Shown here one piece after another: positions 11,761 to 23,008 of a stretch of DNA of 50,832 nt. This DNA comes from Seison nebaliae (Eukaryota). The translations under genes were made by a program, and so were the position numbers. Under the pieces are notes generated by a model. It did no database searches and was not told where the DNA came from. It worked only from the letters and a program-made list of their open reading frames with translations. The DNA lies in contig JALJEE010002282.1 in the NCBI GenBank assembly GCA_023231475.1, positions 124,001 through 174,832 of the forward strand. The letters run 5' to 3'. The first letter of the stretch is position 1; each line of letters opens with the position of its first letter.

Positions 11761-12813
11761 TCAAATACTTTTTTTATTAATACATTCATCATCACCATTA
11801 TCATTACCATTATTATTATTATTATTATCATCATCATTACCATTATTATCATTATCATCATTATTATCATTATCATCATTATTATCATCAACATCATCAT
11901 CACTCGACGATTCTTCATTCTCTTCCACTTCACTATCAATCTCATGTTTTAAAATTTTATCAGTCTCATTTTTTTTCATGTCCTTTGTCGTCGCTTTAGT
12001 TATGGGACTGTAACACATTTCCAGTTTGACCATTTTGTCAGGAATTTCAACTGCTTCAACTCTCGAACGTTTCGTTGAAAATGTGAGATGGTCAGTATTC
12101 TTTATGATATAATAATATCGATTGTTCGTCGAACAAATCAATTTGCCAAAACTGATTTTCTTCTTATAAATTCCCAACATATTATTGAAATAAATGAAAG
12201 GATTGAATAAAGTTCTTGTATAATATTCCTTCTGTTTCACATCGTGCACTTCATCTTTCGAACGGAAATGTCGACGACCAATATGGAAATAACAATCACT
12301 CTTATATCGATAAGTGATTTGACATTGTTTACATTGGAATCGATAAACATCCATTATCATTCGTCGCTTCTTTACAAAATAATCGACATTCTTCGATTCC
12401 AATAATTGCTTGTAATCTTCGAAACATTCATTATTTTCATAATTATTCAAATAAGTCTCTTCCATTTTCTCACTTTGGATGATTGTCCGATCTTGGAATT
12501 CCAACTTATGAATTGGAAATTGCAAAATTCGTTGTACGAAATGATATTTTTTCGTTTCATGCATTAAACCTTGTGGGAGAATTGCAGGTCGAGTTTGATG
12601 TTGTTCAAATTGGAGAATCATCCGACGGAATACTGGCTCCAATTGATTGGCTGTCATGAACACTAAATCTTTTACATATTCCAAATGTTGCTCATTCGTC
12701 TTCACTATCGGTACGGCGTCTTCAATCAATTTCAATGTTACACCGGCACAAATCGACACAGCATAACAATCGGCGACACTTCGAACAAATTGAAGAGCAT
12801 CAAATTCCGGCAT
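11761..12813 (-). CDS. Orphan protein with a single C2H2 zinc finger and acidic D/N-repeat tail
   Basis: 350-aa intronless ORF with FQCKQCQITYRYKSDCYFHIGRRH (C-x2-C-x12-H-x4-H) and a C-terminal DDDNNDDN tract. Confidence 0.65.
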   Translation of the reverse strand: MPEFDALQFVRSVADCYAVSICAGVTLKLIEDAVPIVKTNEQHLEYVKDLVFMTANQLEPVFRRMILQFEQHQTRPAILPQGLMHETKKYHFVQRILQFPIHKLEFQDRTIIQSEKMEETYLNNYENNECFEDYKQLLESKNVDYFVKKRRMIMDVYRFQCKQCQITYRYKSDCYFHIGRRHFRSKDEVHDVKQKEYYTRTLFNPFIYFNNMLGIYKKKISFGKLICSTNNRYYYIIKNTDHLTFSTKRSRVEAVEIPDKMVKLEMCYSPITKATTKDMKKNETDKILKHEIDSEVEENEESSSDDDVDDNNDDNDNNDDNDNNGNDDDNNNNNNGNDNGDDECINKKSI

Positions 12814-13366
12814 GTTTCGTCTTTGAAAAAATTTGGTTGAAATTAATCTCTCTAATTTTCTCTGTTGAAAACTTATATAGTCGAAGAAATTTTTAAAAAT
12901 AAACGTGCGATCTCCTTCTGCAATACTGAAATATTCACTTTCGTAAACTTTCTGACATTTAAAAAGAATTTGAACAGAATCTGTATTTAATCATAAATCC
13001 CACTCACTACATGTCAACAAAATATAATCTTCCAATTCAAATATGTAAACTTCACTAGATAAATCTGTAAATGTTGATATCGAAAATGTGGATGAAATGC
13101 AATCTAAAAAAACTCGCGGTTTTTCAAAATTTGAACGAAATGCAAAATTCTTCTTTTAACCAATCATTTTGGATTCTATTCCTTTTGAATAACAAAAAAA
13201 TATCTTAATAAAAATATTATAAATTTTAAGTTTCATTAAATATTTTAATAGAATTTTAAAAAATTATCGTTTTATCGAATTAATTTTATCCCTAATTTAA
13301 ATACAATCTCAATGTAAGAATTAGAAATGTTGTCATTAATATTCCCAATTCATCACGTGCTTTCAT

Positions 13367-13448
13367 GACGAGGTGGCCGAGTGGTTAAGGCGTTGGACTG
13401 CTAATCCAATGGGCTCTGCCCGCGTGGGTTCGAATCCCATCCTCGTCG
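13367..13448 (+). tRNA. tRNA-Ser(GCT)
   Basis: GACGAGG/CCTCGTC acceptor stem, TGGCCGAGTGGTTAAGG D-arm (A box), TTGGA-CT-GCT-AA-TCCAA anticodon arm, long variable arm and GGTTCGAATCC T-loop. A T-run Pol III terminator lies at ~13456-13462. Confidence 0.97.
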
Positions 13449-13839
13449 AATATCATTTTTTCTTGTAATTTCATAGTAAAATTCAGATTTTTCATTTGAA
13501 TTAATTGAGAAAAAATATCTATTGGTTCTGCTTTTTATTAACACTTTAAAGTTTTTTTCTGCTAGTTCACACAGCGTTATTTCTGGAAATTTACTTTTGC
13601 TATAATATTTCTTGATAAATTTAATTTGTTTTTTCGAAATTTTAGGCTTATTGTGCACGTTTTACTTTTACGAGTATTTTTAAAAATATTTAATTTCTTC
13701 ATATCTTCCGTTAAATCTACTTACAATAATATAGCAAACATTGTTTTCCAATAGAAATTATTTTCTTTATTCATTTCCTCAAATTTTTTTCTCTTCATAG
13801 AAATTTTATTCTTTTCGAAATCGAACACTTTTAGAAGAA

Positions 13840-15537
13840 ATGGGAATAGCAAAAGGAAGAACGCAAGGTTCGACGTCGATGAAGAAGAAAGTTTATGAGA
13901 GTCTCGATTTGAAAGATGAAAGATTTAAGAAACTAACAAAAAAATTAGTTGATGTTGCATTTGATAAGACAAAATATCGAGTGTATACTGAAGACGATTC
14001 GAAAGGTGATCGGACGATATTCAAGGCAGTTCTCAATAAAGTTATTTTTTTATTATTATATTTTTGTCTTAAATTATTATTTAAATTAGACGAGTAAAAA
14101 CGAAAATAATCTTTGCACAATCCAATTGTTGGAAGATAATGAAGAAAATTATTATTTTGGTCATCGATGGGGCAGAGAAGATGCGAGAGGTAGAACTTCA
14201 TTTATTAAATTCGAGAAGAAATTGGCAGCAGCGAAAAAACATTTTTTCAGCAAGTTATTTTTTTCTATTTCATTTATTTGTTCAATTTCTTAAAATTAGA
14301 TTAAATGAATTGACGAAGAATGAGTCGTTGAAGGATGTGAAGGATAATCCAGGTAAATATTATGTGATCGATATCGATATGGATTCGTTGATGGTACCGG
14401 AGGAAAATAAAACCGTTTCTGTTCCTGAAAGTAAATTACCTGAAGAAATTCAAGATTTGATGAAAACGATCTGTAACATTGGACCGTTTACGAAAGTGAT
14501 GAAAAAGAACAAATTAAATCGAGAACTATTATCATTGGGAATGTTGAGTGAAGAACAAATCTTGAAAGGATATCAAGTATTGAAGAAAATCGGTAATAAA
14601 TTATCGCAAAATAATAGCGATTCCTTCGTAACATTAACATCTGCTTTCTACTCGTACATTCCTCATTATTTTTCAACTAGTCGACCGATCATCATTGATA
14701 ATCAGAAGAAATTGAAAGTGGAAACGGATTTATTAAAAGTTCTTTACGACTACAATTGTGTTGATAGAATGTTGAAGAAAGATGTGACTGGTGTCTTTAA
14801 TCCAATTCAACGGAATTATGAACAGATCGGATGTAAAATTAAGGTGGTTGATGATGAATCGGATGTTTATGAAGTTTATTCTTTTTTTTTCTTATTCTAA
14901 TTTTAATCTGTTCGTGAAGATTTTGCAAAATTATTTAGAATTAAATCATTCACATATCCATTCAGATTATCGAATGGAACTAGAAGAGATTTATGAAATC
15001 GATAGAAATGAAGAATTCGTTTCAAAAGGAAATCTCCAATTATTATGGCACGGCTCTAAATTGAGTAATATTGCGAGTATTTTAGGAAATGGATTAACAC
15101 TCCCTCCGGAAGAAGTCTCCAATTTCGGTTCGATGTTCGATAGCGGAATTTATTTCGCTGATGTTTCCAGTAAGAGTGCCAATTACAGTATGGATGAAGA
15201 CGATATCGGTTTCTTAATACTCGCTCAAGTGTCATTGGGAAAAGTATATGAAACATATGGACCTGATAATAATGCCAGTAGCACAGTGGAGAAAAATAAA
15301 TGTGATTCTTTACGAGCTATTGGGAAACTATCACCAAATAAATCGAGTCATTCTAAAATTATATTTGGTAAGACTGAAGTAACAGTTCCAATTGGTAAAT
15401 GTGAGGAAATTACACAGGCTGATGATTGTATATTAAGACATAATGAATATGTTGTTTACGATGAGAGTCAAGTATGTATTCGTTTTTTGATGAAAGTGAA
15501 ATACATTAACAATACCGTTACAACATCTGAAGAATGA
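13840..15537 (+). CDS. PARP2/3-like poly(ADP-ribose) polymerase (WGR + regulatory + catalytic domains, ~518 aa, 4 exons)
   Basis: Introns 14041-14089, 14254-14299 and 14874-14919. Motifs IQLLED..HRWGR (WGR), PGKY, LGMLSEEQILKGYQVL, FYSYIPH, LLWHGS, GIYFADVSSKSANY and HNEYVVYD (H-Y-E triad intact). No zinc fingers or BRCT. Confidence 0.93.
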
Positions 15538-15661
15538 TATTGTTGAATTGAATAATGATTTATCAATTTTTTAAAATTTCATTTGATCCAAAATCAAATT
15601 CGTTCTTAAATTCAAATTTTTCTTTCTTTTTTTTTTGTGGTTTTCAATTTTCTTATGTCAT

Positions 15662-15767
15662 TTGACAATATCCGTTTTTTGAATATTTTTCTAAAATTTT
15701 TTTATTATTGTCTATTGACAATGTCCGTTTTTTGAATATTTTTCTAAAATTTTTTTATTATTGTCTT
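15662..15767. repeat. Two-copy tandem duplication, ~53-nt unit
   Basis: ttgacaatatccgttttttgaatatttttctaaaatttttttattattgtct recurs almost exactly at 15715. Confidence 0.9.
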
Positions 15768-15939
15768 TTATGTCCTATTGTCCATTCGTGTTTTGTTTGT
15801 GAAAGAATAAAAAATTCTTAATATGTATATATGTGGAAATGGAGACAAAGAACTGGAAAAAACTTAATCGGATAAATTGAATGGAAGATTAAAATAATTT
15901 TAATAATCAAAAAAAAAGAATAATTTATTTCATAATTTT

Positions 15940-18900
15940 TCAATTTTTTCCAAAATTTTTCCCTTCGAATAATGAGAATGTAATTGATCCAGATTTGACC
16001 TAACAAAGAGAATGATGAAATTTGATGAGAATGAAATTAAGAAAATACTACTTTGACAGTATCCTTAATAATTTGACGATTATTGATGTCTTCTTTGGTA
16101 AATTGTTTATTTATACCGTGGACTATGAAATCATATGTTTTCTCGATGACATCATTCAAATAATCGTCATCGGTTGAATATTTCACAATAATATCATCAG
16201 TAGATGTCAATTTTGCCTATTGGAAGAAAAGTGAAAATAAAGTTGTAAAATATGAAAATTTACTGCCAATCTCAATTTTTGAATTCGATTAATAATTTCT
16301 TTAGCGACACCTTCGAGAATTGAAGTTTCATCTTGACTGATATCGAGTAATACGATAACATTATTTTGTACTTTAGCAACTAATTGACCGAATTCTAAAA
16401 GGAGAACAATAAAAGAATTTTCCTTTAGTGTTTCATCAAGTGTTTCCCCTAACCAGAACATTGGTGGCAATTATAGAATATTCGAATATCTTCCAATAAC
16501 AATCGATAAATTTCTTTGTCAGAAATTATCAGATCGAAATGTCCATCATTTTGAAGTTGACGAATTTGTTCATCTGTCATCTTCTCGATGAGTGGAGTGA
16601 ATTCTTTCAATTTCTGCTTGATTTTACTACCTAATACTTTGTAATCAGCTTTGGCATTTAATGTTATTTTATATTTATTCTGATTAGTTGTCACTTTTAA
16701 TTGACGGATATTTAATTCGCTTTTAATTGCTGATACAATTTGAGAATAATAAGGAACATTCCATTTGATAGAGAATATATCCTCCAAAATTACAACCATT
16801 TGACTCAAAGGATACTACGAAATTAATTAATTAATTCGATAATTAGAAGTAATAATGAAACTTTGAGAGGTAAATTATTATTATCTCGAAGATATCGTCC
16901 ACATTCGATAATAGTTTGCATAGTAGACACAGATCTCTCAATTTTCAAATTGAAATATTTCTTACTAAAAGAAAAATTGAAGATATGATAAAAGAAAGTG
17001 AACTCTAATTTCGGAATTAATAGATAATGAATCGAATCCACATTTAACGATTTCTCAGTTATAAATTTGCGAAGTATCTGATAAATGTGTTCGGTAAGGA
17101 ATGGAATAAATGGTGCCAATAATCGACACAATGTCAATAAGACGTCGAATAACGAATGAATGGAACAGAGTGCTTCATATTTTCCATCTTCTCCCTGAAA
17201 AAATAAAAATTGAGAATTGGATTATTTTTTGATAGATTAAAATTTCCAACTTTAATTCGTTTTCTCGAAAGACGAACATACCAATTACATAAAATATCGA
17301 TCACTTTCACTAATGACGGTGTTACCATATATAATTTATATGCTGAAAATAAATGACATGTGAAGGAATTTGGAGAGGAAAACAAAAAAAAAAAAACCGT
17401 TCATTTTCTCCGTAACGTCAGCTAAGAGTGATTGGACGTAAGATAATATCCAAACATCCAAAAAATTTTCCGTTCGATATTCATTTTTATGATCATATTG
17501 ATAAATCACTTTATCTTCCTATTGTCATTAAGAAATGAAATTGACTGGAAATGAAACGGAAAAAAAAACTTTTTCTAATCGTTGAATATTTTGAATGAGG
17601 AATCTGAGTGAACTATACATGGGAATGAAAACATCTTTCAAGACGTCTTGAACTCCTTTTTGCTGGAATTTCAATGCATCTCCATGTGCTGCTGGTGAAG
17701 TGATCAAATATAATCGAATTGCATCAGCTCCGAAATTATTCACAACTTTGATGGGATCAGGAAAATTTTGTTTACTCTTCGACATTTTCTCTCCTTTCTC
17801 GTTCAAAACGATTCCATTACAAACGAGATTTTTGAATGGTGCCGTATCATAAATTGCCGTTGAGATGATTATGAGAGTATAGAACCATCCACGTGTCTGA
17901 TCGATTCCTTCGGCAATGAAATTTGCAGGAAATGTTTGTTCAAATAATTCTTTTTGTTCGAAAGGAAAATGTTTTTGAGCGAATGGCATCGAACCTGATT
18001 CGAACCAACAATCGAAAACTTCAGGAATTCGTTTCAATTTTCCTTTTCCTAATTTAGATGGAATTGTTATATGATCAATTTTATCAGAATGTAAATCTGT
18101 GATATTCTTCTCTCCAGATAATTCTTCCAATTGTTTAATGGAACCGATACAAACGACTTCTTCACCATCATCTGATATCCATATGGGAATTGGATTACCC
18201 CAATATCGATTTCTGGAGAAAGCCCAATCTCTCGCATTCTTCAACCAATTGCCGAAACGTTTCTCTTTAACAAAATCAGGAACCCAATATGTTTCACTCG
18301 TATTTTTCAATAATCGATCAATCAACAATTCCACACGAATGAACCAACTTTTGACCGCCTTGTATAAAAGAGGAGTATTCGATCTCCAACAAAATGGATA
18401 GTCATGTACACATTCTTCAATCTTAAATACTCGTCCTTCTCCTTTTAAATAACGAAGAATTTTCTTATCAGCTTCTTTCACATATTCACCTTTGAAATGA
18501 GAAACTTCATGAGTGAAACATCCTTTCTCATCTACTGGACAAATGACATCGCCCTCTTTACAAATGATATTATATAAGAGACAAACTCGATGATCATCTT
18601 CTCCAAAAAATGGTGCTTGATGTACAATACCAGTACCACTATCATCAGTCACATATGAATCACAATTAATTCTAAATGCTCTTTCTTTCATCTTTTCATA
18701 AAAATAATTAAATAAAGGTTTATATTTCTTTCCTTCCAAATCTTTCCCAATCATCTTCTTCACAATTTCATAATCATCTTCATCTTTGAACATTTCACTA
18801 ACTCGATTCTCCATTATAATATATTTCTTTGTCGTTTTCTTATCTTGAATGAGAATATATGTCGATGTGGGATTGAGACAAAGAGCCAAATTTGACGGTA

Positions 18901-19594
18901 ATGTCCACGGAGTTGTTGTCCAAGCAACTAATTCCACATCCATTTCCTCCATTAATGGAAATGTGATAATAACAGCTGGATCTCTAACTTTCCGATAATT
19001 TTGTTGTGCTTCAAAATTCGATAAAGGAGTTGAACATCCAGTTGAGTAGGGAACAACTTTCACTCCTTGATATACGAGTCCTTTATTGAAGAGTTGTTGA
19101 AATGTCCACCATACACTCTCCATAAACCATGGATACATGGTCTTGTAATCATTACGGAAATCGATCCATCGTCCTACTCGTGTAATAATCGTCTCCCATT
19201 CACCACTATATCGATCCACAATCTTTCGACATTCATCATTATATTTATCGATTCCCATCTTCTTCACATCCTTCGAACTTTTTATTCCCAATTTCTTATC
19301 AATCTCATATTCGACTGGAACGCCATGACAATCCCAACCGAATCTCCTCTCCACATTATGACCGGTTTGATAGGCCCAACGACAAACCGTATCTTTGATC
19401 GTACCAGCAAGTATGTGTCCATAATGGGGCAGTCCAGTGGCGAATGGAGGACCATCATAAAACGAAAATTCTTTCCTGCCTTTCGATAATTCACATGACG
19501 TCTCAAATGCTCGAATCTTCTTCCAATATTCCAATATATTCTCCTCCTCTTTCGGGAAACTGATTTGAGGTGGAAGATTTACATTCTCTGACAT
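15940..19594 (-). CDS. IARS1: Cytoplasmic isoleucyl-tRNA synthetase (9 exons, ~1080 aa)
   Basis: FYDGPPFATGLPHYGH (HIGH), GWDCHG, WTTTPWTLPSN and GTGIVHQAP editing motifs, SRNRYWG, EGIDQTRGWFY and KMSKS. The anticodon-binding exons (NWYVRLSRKR, LAPFIPFLTE, INRIQKLR) are joined through 8 short introns downstream of 17570. Confidence 0.97.
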
Positions 19595-20105
19595 TCTTAT
19601 TTTAATCTCAAAAAATTTATTTTAAAATTTATTTCTTGACAAAATAAAACTTGATAAAAATTAAAAGACACAAAAAAGAAGAATAATAAAGATAATTTCA
19701 AATTACATAATAAATTTATAAAAGAAATAAAATTTCTCATTTATATTCTATTTTAAGTTCTATTAAGTGGTTTTGACAGAAATTTTGATGAAATCAAAAG
19801 AAATTCTTACCATCCGTCACGTTGCTGAACATAATTGAATGGAAATGTTGAAATATTATATTTTTAGAAATTAAAGAATCCATTTGAAATTTTCAATTAA
19901 AATTTTAAGCTTACATCTCATAGTTTCAGCCTCATAAAAAACTCACTATAATATTGATAAAAGCTTTAAAATGAAATTTAAAATAATTTGAAAGTTTTCT
20001 TATTAGATGACGATGACATTTCAGTTCTATAAATTTGATTGCAGTAGAAATTAATTAAATTAATATTTCTTCTTATTTATATAGATCAGACGAGAATCGA
20101 GGAAG

Positions 20106-20945
20106 ATGTTAAGACTAACTACGCCTTCAAAATTAGTGATCAATAATCTTTTCAAAAATGGAGTTAATTCCATTTCCTCCACCACAACAGTATCAGCAAA
20201 TGAGAAAACGGTGAAATTATATCCACATGAAGATGCACAACGTGATTTGGTGAATTATCCCCGTCCCAGAATTCAGGAACATATGAATAAAGTGAGAATG
20301 GCATTCATTCCTGATAGTTGGTTTAAAGCACTTGAACCTAAACTTGGAATTACTGGACCATACACTTTACTCGCAGGATTATCCACATATCTCTTATCGA
20401 AAGAATATTTCGTTTATTGGGTAGATACTGGAGAGCATTTGGGATTTGTTTTGTTTCTCATGTTCTTCCATTATCGATATGGAGCGAAAGCTTATGAATT
20501 TTTCGATAATACTTTAAAAACGGAAGATGAGAAATATAAGAAATTTATAGATGATAATACAAAGTCGTTGAGAGAGAGTAACACAGAATTAGATATCGTC
20601 ATTAATGCACCAGAAGTAGTTAAATTGATTAAGGAAGTTAAGGCGGAGAATGTTGAAATGCAATTGGAACGTGATTATCGTCAACGACTATTAACCGCGT
20701 ATAAAGACGTGAAGAAACGATTAGACTATCAATTAGCTGTTGATGAGACGAAGAAAAGTTTCGAAAAAGATCATATGATCAATTGGATTATTAATAATGT
20801 GAAAAATTCGATAAAAGCAAAAGAAGTTTAAATTGAAATTTCTTTTTTGAAATTTTTTTAATTTTATAATTTATTTTCTTTCATTTTACAGGAAGAGAAA
20901 TTAATTAATGATTGTATCGCAACTTTGAAGACATTACGTGTTTAA
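20106..20945 (+). CDS. ATP5PB: Mitochondrial ATP synthase peripheral stalk subunit b (2 exons)
   Basis: RDLVNYPR, VRMAFIPDSWF, KLGITGPY, YLLSKE, ENVEMQLE.YR.RL...VKKRLDYQ and HMINWI. Intron 20826-20891 is followed by EEKLINDCIATLKTLRV*. Confidence 0.95.
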
Positions 20946-21154
20946 GAGAATCATCATTACTTGGAAAACATTTTGGAAAGATGAATTTAATTGTCATAAA
21001 TCATTAATTTTTAGTTTCTTAATAAAAAACTCTCTTAATCAAAATCTTTTGCACTTCAAGAAATTTTAATAAATTTCTTTTATAACTAATTTTTTTCGTT
21101 TGAACTTTTTCTTCAAATTTCTCGACAGAAATTTTTATAAATTAAATATTTAGA

Positions 21155-21540
21155 TACCGTCTTGTGGGGCAAAATGAGACACTTCGTAGTAGGCTTCTTT
21201 TTATTAGCCCTAAATCATTTTCCCAATCTGTAAATTTCTTTTAAAATAGTTTTATAGGTTTAAAAAAATAAGTAGTTTCAAAATATCCATTCATTTTTAT
21301 CGAATTTTAAATAAGAAAAAAGTTGCAGCCATTTTAAAATATTTTTGATTATGATGTTGATCAACTAACAGTAAGCTTATTTGATCAAAAAAAATTCAAT
21401 TTGTTCTCATTTAAAGATGTATCAAAAATTATTGAAAATCTCCATAGAAGCTTACTAGTTCATTATTTAGAGTCTGTCAAATTTTTAGAAAGTTAAATTG
21501 CTAAAAAAAATTAATTACAAATGAAGTGGTTGGGGCAATA
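21155..21540 (+). mobile_element. Possible decayed terminus of a pogo/Tc1-mariner-type DNA transposon or MITE
   Basis: TA-CCGTCTTGTGGGGCAAAATGAGACAC is a GC-rich TIR-like motif in AT-rich DNA, with an internal echo TGGGGCAA at ~21531. No matching inverted end or transposase was seen. Confidence 0.25.
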
Positions 21541-21970
21541 AGAATTCTCTCTCAAAAATAATCGGTTAGCACATATCATACCACGTTTTAGATGTCGAAT
21601 ACTACCAAAATTGGGAATCTTTTCTGTAGACACTTCTTGCGAACTGAATCAATATATTCTAAATTATCAATAACTTCACGGCTCGATTGAAAGAAGCAAC
21701 TATTCATATTTTCAATCTCATGTAGTAATAGAGATGGATTTTTACATATCGGAATCTGGAATGATATATTTTCATCATTATCTCTCGTTCCTATATATAA
21801 TAAAATATAAATAAAAATAATGTTGAAATTTTATAAGAGTATGTATATGTATGTATAAGAGATGTATTTAAAAATTTTTTAAGAGAAGATATAATTTTAT
21901 TAATGTCGTGAATGAACTTTACAATAAGTTAAGATGAAAATGGAGGAGTTTTGCGTTAGAAGAAATGAGA

Positions 21971-22956
21971 TTAAATAAGAATTGCGTTAGTATTCGAAGA
22001 CGATTGTTTCGTTGATTCGACACTTTTATTTCGATTCTTCTTCTTCAAAGGACTCAAAGGAGATTTCTTCTTTTTCTTCAGTGGAGTCTTTCCATTTCGA
22101 TTCTCTCCAAGTAAATGTTCGGTGGATCGAGCATTGCCATGTTCTAAAGAGATTTTATTCATTTTATTATTATTGAGGAGTTGAGGCGTTTGTTGATATA
22201 AACCGTTGAATTTACCGATATCAACTGAATTGTTAATTTCTTGGTAAATGTGTGAGGTAGTTGGAAATTGATTTGGATTAATTGATGTGATATATTGTTG
22301 TTGTTGTTGTTGCTGTGATTGAAGTTGATGATGTTGTTGTTGTTGTTGTTGGTTAATTTCCATTGGAACGGTTTGAATTAATTGTAAATGAGTTCGATCT
22401 GAATTTTCCGATTGTTCATTTGATGCAGATGACGGAGTTGCCAATACGATAAAATGACCATGTTGTTTTGATTGTAGATCATTTGTCATTTCTTTGTTTT
22501 GTTGAATTGTTGAGGTGGTAAATGGGAAATCTTTCATTTTTTTCGATGCAGCAGTTGATGAGGTGGAAGAAGATGATAAGAGACAACTTTCATCAGTCAA
22601 TAATCCAGATTCACCACTCGCTCCACTATGAGTATCTCCACCAGTCGAATGAAATTCTTCATTTCTGTCGATGGTAGAAGTTTGAATATTGATCGTTTTC
22701 TGCTGATTAACTGGTACTCGGAAGAGTGTTGCTAAATTATTATGATTCTGATTATTTTGGAATTGTTCAGTAGGAACGAACAATTGTTGTTGATAAATGG
22801 ATGCTGATGGAACGATCATCATTTTCGTTCCATCATTATTCGATGGAATTGCAATGGCATTCAATGGTCCATTACTCTGACTATGAACGATGAGACCTAA
22901 AGTATTACTATTATTATTATTCTTATTAAATTGAGAGTTTTCATTACTCATATAAA

Positions 22957-23008
<52 letters not shown>

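Noticed and set aside
11704..11952. Poly-Ile and poly-Met/Ile ORFs
   Set aside because: Alternative-frame readings of the D/N trinucleotide repeat in the C2H2 gene.
13401..13658. 85-aa ORF ending RRGWDSNPRGQSPLD
   Set aside because: Antisense translation of tRNA-Ser.
13840..17570. Fragmented PARP and IARS1 ORFs as pseudogenes or frameshifts
   Set aside because: Short GT-AG introns restore continuous frames with intact catalytic motifs.
20024..20084. Spliced-leader trans-splice acceptor before ATP5PB
   Set aside because: GT donors at 20024 and 20044 give a normal-sized cis 5'-UTR intron, so trans-splicing is not needed to explain it.
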